NCBI GenBank assembly: GCA_963769935.1
Contig: CAVYNY010000010.1
Span: forward strand, 64,001 to 128,000
Direction of reading: 5' to 3'
Source of the DNA: an uncultured delta proteobacterium
Lineage (GTDB): Bacteria; Desulfobacterota; Desulfobacteria; Desulfobacterales; JAFDCJ01
Length of the DNA: 64,000 nucleotides
Under the pieces are notes generated by a model that saw nothing but the letters and a program-made list of their open reading frames with translations, had not been told where the DNA came from and ran no database searches. Both the position numbers and the translations under genes were made by a program. This document shows positions 59,751-64,000 of this stretch, piece after piece. Each line of letters begins with the position of its first letter. Position 1 is the first letter of the stretch.

Positions 59751-61286
59751 TTGCTGGCCAAAGTTCTCAGCAGTGCGGTGCTAGGAATAGACGCCTATCG
59801 CGTGGAAGTGGAAGTCGATATTACCTCGGGACTGCCGACATTTATCACGGTCGGGCTGCCGGAAGCCTCGGTTAAAGAAAGCAAAGAACGGGTCAAGGCC
59901 GCCATCTGCAATTCCGGTTATCGTTTCCCTGACGACCGCATTATCGTTAATTTGGCACCGGCCGATATCAAAAAAGAAGGGACCGGCTTTGATCTGCCGA
60001 TCGCTTTAGGCATCTTGGCTGCTACCGGCATCATACCCCAGAAGATTATCTCTCAGTACCTCATCCTGGGCGAGCTCTCTCTGGACGGCCGCGTTAAAGC
60101 CGTTAAAGGTTCTTTGCCCATGGCCCTGGCGGCCAAGGAAGCCGGCTACAAGACAATTATGGTGCCATATGAAAACGGGCGCGAGGCATCGGTGGTGACC
60201 GATATCGACGTGCTGCCGGTGCAGACCCTGTCCCAGGTGGTCTCCTACTTGAGAGGTTTTTCAGAGTTGGCGCCGCAAAACACGGACATTGCCGCCATCT
60301 TTGATAAAGACGGCCAATTCGAGCTGGACTATGCTGAAGTCATGGGGCAGGAACATGTTAAACGGGCGCTGGAAGTCGCGGCCGCCGGCGGCCATAATCT
60401 AATCATGGTGGGCCCGCCCGGTTCCGGCAAAACCATGCTGGCCAAGCGCCTGCCGACCATCCTGCCGCCTATTAGCTTCGAAGAGGCCATTGAAACATCC
60501 AAGATATTCAGTGTCGTAGGCCTGATGGAAAAAGATCAGGCCCTGATTACCAGCAGGCCGTTTCGTTCGCCCCACCACACGATTTCCGATGCGGGACTGA
60601 TCGGCGGGGGACATATTCCCCGGCCCGGCGAAGTCAGCCTGGCCCACCATGGGGTGCTGTTTCTGGATGAATTGCCGGAGTTTAAAAAGCATGTCCTGGA
60701 AGTGCTGCGCCAGCCCCTGGAAGATTTAAGGGTCACCATATCCCGGGCTTCCACCACCCTGACCTACCCCGCCAGCTTTATGCTGGTGGCCGCCATGAAC
60801 CCCTGCCCCTGCGGTTATCTGTCAGATCCCAAGCATGCCTGCCGCTGCTCGTACCAGCAGATTCACCGCTACCGCTCCAAAATATCCGGCCCCTTGTTGG
60901 ACCGCATCGACATTCACGTAGAAGTGCCGGCCGTGCCTTACAGTGACCTGATGCAGGAATCATACGCCGAGCCTTCCAAGGACATCCGTCAACGTGTAGC
61001 CGCCGCCCGCGGGATTCAATCCCGGCGATTTGGCCGCGCCAAAATTTACTGCAACGCCCAGATGAGCAGCCGTCATATCAAAACCCACTGTAAAATCGAT
61101 GAGGCCTCGCGCGACCTGCTGGAATCGGCCATCGACAAGCTGGGACTTTCGGCCCGCGCCTTCAACCGAATCTTAAAAATTGCCCGCACGATCGCCGACC
61201 TGGAAGGCCAGCAAGCCATCCAGGTCGACCACATCTCCGAAGCCATTCAATACCGCAGCCTGGATCGGGGCAATCAGCTGAAATAG
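59751..61286 (+). CDS. comM: ComM/YifB Mg-chelatase-like AAA+ ATPase
   Basis: VGLP...[23 protein letters not shown] and [11 protein letters not shown]. Confidence 0.95.
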   Translation: MLAKVLSSAVLGIDAYRVEVEVDITSGLPTFITVGLPEASVKESKERVKAAICNSGYRFPDDRIIVNLAPADIKKEGTGFDLPIALGILAATGIIPQKIISQYLILGELSLDGRVKAVKGSLPMALAAKEAGYKTIMVPYENGREASVVTDIDVLPVQTLSQVVSYLRGFSELAPQNTDIAAIFDKDGQFELDYAEVMGQEHVKRALEVAAAGGHNLIMVGPPGSGKTMLAKRLPTILPPISFEEAIETSKIFSVVGLMEKDQALITSRPFRSPHHTISDAGLIGGGHIPRPGEVSLAHHGVLFLDELPEFKKHVLEVLRQPLEDLRVTISRASTTLTYPASFMLVAAMNPCPCGYLSDPKHACRCSYQQIHRYRSKISGPLLDRIDIHVEVPAVPYSDLMQESYAEPSKDIRQRVAAARGIQSRRFGRAKIYCNAQMSSRHIKTHCKIDEASRDLLESAIDKLGLSARAFNRILKIARTIADLEGQQAIQVDHISEAIQYRSLDRGNQLK

Positions 61287-61650
61287 GGACCATCCTTGAT
61301 CCGGTTTACACGAGCAGGGTGACGGCAGGCATCATCACTGCATCCGTGGGAAGAAAATCAAAGAAAATGAGATTGTAGTCTTCCTGCAGCGCAACTGATC
61401 TTAAGTGATTTACGTGGTATCCAGTGTAATCGTCAAACTGGAATTCAAAGAAGTTTCAAAATTGCTTGCTGCAACAAATAATTTATATTTGCATGATTGT
61501 ATAAAGTTGTTATTTAAATTTCACGGCTTCTTTTAAATCCAAGCCTGATAAGAGAGGAAAGGTTTTCCAATGGCCACTTTGGATATCCAGCCAGCCAAGG
61601 CAGCCCAAAAGACCGATGTTCCATTTCTTATGGATTAAACGAAATAAGAT

Positions 61651-62334
61651 GTGATTAATTTGAATTCGAGGGATTCATTAAATTTCGACACTCAGAAGGC
61701 CGGGTTTTTGAAAAAAAGCCGTTTCACCGGGATGTTGATTGAAGAAAACGCTTTGGATCAAAGCGGGTTTGAACGCTGGCTCTTCTGCCGGGGTATGCTG
61801 TTCAATGCAGCGGAAAAATGGTGGGGCGATCACGGCCGGCGGGATTACTTCCATGAAGGAATCGACCTGTGCCTGTATAAAGACCGTTGCGGAAGGTTGC
61901 GCCGAATTGGTGTAAATACCCGGATCCCGGTGATGCACGACGGTGTAGTCAAGGCAATTTTCAAAGATTATCTCGGCCAGGCGGTGATTTTCGAACATGA
62001 ATACTCCGGCAGCAATACCGGAAGGTTCATATCCTTTTATGCCCACACAAAACCGCGCCCGGCAGTTACAGTCGGCACCGTCGTGAAGGAAGGCGATATC
62101 ATTGCTACCCTGGCCGACACCGGCAACTCAAAGTCCAGGATCCTGCCACATTTACACTTCTCGCTTGGGCTCCCATCCAAATCCTTCTCTTATGAAGGGT
62201 TTGTTTGGAATACGCTTAGGAAACCCGAAATGATAATCATGCTGGATCCCCTGCCGGTCATTGATTGGCCGTATCAGGCGCTGGATGCCGAAAATCCCGC
62301 CTGCCGGTCGAAGCTTCAGCAGGTATTTGACTAA
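61651..62334 (+). CDS. M23 family metallopeptidase
   Basis: HEGID (HxxxD), YAH and PHLHF (HxH). Confidence 0.8.
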   Translation: MINLNSRDSLNFDTQKAGFLKKSRFTGMLIEENALDQSGFERWLFCRGMLFNAAEKWWGDHGRRDYFHEGIDLCLYKDRCGRLRRIGVNTRIPVMHDGVVKAIFKDYLGQAVIFEHEYSGSNTGRFISFYAHTKPRPAVTVGTVVKEGDIIATLADTGNSKSRILPHLHFSLGLPSKSFSYEGFVWNTLRKPEMIIMLDPLPVIDWPYQALDAENPACRSKLQQVFD

Positions 62335-62359
62335 GTTGGGGACCTGGCTGGATCAGGAT

Positions 62360-62617
62360 TTAAGGGGCACCATATCTCAGCGGTTTGGCCGCAACAAAAT
62401 TTATGGCCGGCATTTCGAATGGCGCTTCGCCTTGCATTTTAAGACGGTAAATTGCTCCCGGAGTAATTATTTCTTTACCGTTAATCATTTCTTTTATGGC
62501 CGGGGTCACCTTTTTATAGAATTTGTAAAGACTGTCAATGAGTTCTAGATCAGAGATCTGCTCCCACTGTTCACAATCTTTATATCTAACCTCATAAGAA
62601 GGCATCGCAAACATCAT
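62360..62617 (-). CDS. Small hypothetical protein
   Basis: SD GAGGA before ATG; open ~85 codons with protein-like composition. Confidence 0.55.
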   Translation of the reverse strand: MMFAMPSYEVRYKDCEQWEQISDLELIDSLYKFYKKVTPAIKEMINGKEIITPGAIYRLKMQGEAPFEMPAINFVAAKPLRYGAP

Positions 62618-62950
62618 TATCCTCTTCGAATTCACAATCTAAACTTAATTTAGCGTCTGAATTGAGAATTACTGCAAATTTAGGGCCATTATCATAAATA
62701 TCTGATATTTTGATGTTTATGATCGGACCAACATCTGATTGGCATTAAAACTGTATATTATATAATACGATTATGTTGACTTTATTGCACTATGGATTTC
62801 AAAAGCGATTCACCACTTGCCCGGCCGGTCTTCGGGCAGCGACAATCCGGTATGTTTTTTCTTCCCGATTGTCAGTTGGATTTTCTTCGTCTTTGCTCTG
62901 ATGGATTCATAAAAAGTAATGATATTGCATGGGCGAATTCAGGATAGGCA

Positions 62951-64000
62951 TCAAAGATTCTCGATTTCCACCGGTTCGATATCATCCGCCGGCTGAAATC
63001 CGAATATCCGGGCGTAAAAAAAGAATTCCGCGTCCAGGGCCCGTTTGATGTTTTGAGCCATGCGGAAGCCATGCTGCTCCTTTTCGAAAGCAATATAAGC
63101 CACCGGCAGCTTTTTATCCCGCAGGATTGCCACCATCATCTCGGCCTGGGCCGGCGGGACAACCTCGTCTTCAAGGCCTTGAAAAAAAATTATGGGGCAG
63201 GCAAGCCGTGCGGCATGATGAATAGGGGAACGCGCAACATACAGATCCTTCCGGTCGGGAAAGGGACCGATCAATTTATCCAGGTAGCGCGCCTCGAATT
63301 TGTGGGTCTCCTGCGCCAGGGCTTCCAGATCACTGACGCCATAATAGCTGGCGCCGGCCTGGAAGATGTCATGAAAAACCAGGGCACACAAGGTCGTATA
63401 GCCCCCCGCACTGCTGCCTCTGATGATCAGGCGCCGGTGATCGAGGCCAAAGTTCTCAACTGCATATCGAGCGCCGTTCACACAGTCCCCGGTATCGACA
63501 ATGCCCCACTGACCGTTTAGGCGCAGCCGATATGTTCGCCCGAAGCCCGTACTGCCGCCATAGTTCACATCCAGGACCGCCAGCCCCCGGCTGGTCCAGT
63601 ATTGAATCGCGAGATTCAGGCTGGACGTCGCACAGGCGGTCGGACCGCCATGGCTGATGACGATCAGCGGTGCGCGGTCCGCAGCCGGTGCCTGGTAATG
63701 TTTGTTTCGAGGTGCATAAAAAAATGCGTGGGTGCTTTGTCCCTGAGCAGCGGGAAATTCCACCGTTTGGGCGATGGATATGAATCCGGCATCGATGTCA
63801 ACCCGACTGGAACGACGCAGGACGTCCTGCGAACGGGTGGATAGGTCCAGCCTGACAATGGACGTCGGCTGGTCGGCCGCACCGCCGGCAAAAACCGCCA
63901 GACCGCGGGCGGCGCGCAGATAGGCGATATCGGTGTACGGCGTTTCGATCAACTCGTATTCATCGGTCGCCAAATTGATATCAGCCAGCTGCCAGCTGCC
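62951..64000 (-). CDS. S9 family (prolyl oligopeptidase / acylaminoacyl peptidase-like) peptidase, 5' part outside the window
   Basis: HGGPT, NYGGSTG.G, GSSAGG nucleophile, D.VVPP.Q and EQHGF. Confidence 0.92.
   Translation of the reverse strand, partial: GSWQLADINLATDEYELIETPYTDIAYLRAARGLAVFAGGAADQPTSIVRLDLSTRSQDVLRRSSRVDIDAGFISIAQTVEFPAAQGQSTHAFFYAPRNKHYQAPAADRAPLIVISHGGPTACATSSLNLAIQYWTSRGLAVLDVNYGGSTGFGRTYRLRLNGQWGIVDTGDCVNGARYAVENFGLDHRRLIIRGSSAGGYTTLCALVFHDIFQAGASYYGVSDLEALAQETHKFEARYLDKLIGPFPDRKDLYVARSPIHHAARLACPIIFFQGLEDEVVPPAQAEMMVAILRDKKLPVAYIAFEKEQHGFRMAQNIKRALDAEFFFYARIFGFQPADDIEPVEIENL

Noticed and set aside
40241..61286. pilMNOPQ plus comM as a dedicated competence island
   Set aside because: They are 13 kb apart among housekeeping genes, and no comEA, comEC or dprA is in the window; ordinary core genome.
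61570..61638. 22-codon ORF MATLDIQPAKAAQKTDVPFLMD with a purine-rich upstream sequence
   Set aside because: Too short to support without conservation or ribosome data.

Overview
Core-chromosome segment of an anaerobic deltaproteobacterium (Desulfobacterota, probably Desulfobacterales; inferred from gene content and style). It contains a complete complex I operon (nuoA, fused nuoBCD, E, F, G, H, I, J, K, L, M, N; minus strand, 7.8-23.1 kb), a glycyl-radical trans-4-hydroxy-L-proline dehydratase (hypD) with its activase, a Fur-FeoA fusion, the type IVa pilus genes pilMNOPQ with a pilotin and comM, two NtrC-type two-component systems, and housekeeping genes (thrC, serS, pcm, coaD, rsmD, lpxC). 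Two genes are disrupted by internal deletions (a DUF169 gene and a PflX-like radical SAM gene). I saw no rRNA, tRNA, CRISPR array or transposase. The most interesting signals are four. (1) All seven long intergenic spacers of the nuo operon carry short (7-9 nt) tandem repeats from five unit families, often as inverted arms, and the downstream starts lack Shine-Dalgarno motifs. (2) NuoF has Val at the Glu that discriminates NADH from NADPH, which suggests an NADPH-accepting complex I. (3) NuoM lacks the canonical TM7 lysine. (4) A ~110-nt structured element occurs twice, each time immediately after a stop codon. All family assignments come from motif recognition by eye; no database searches were run.
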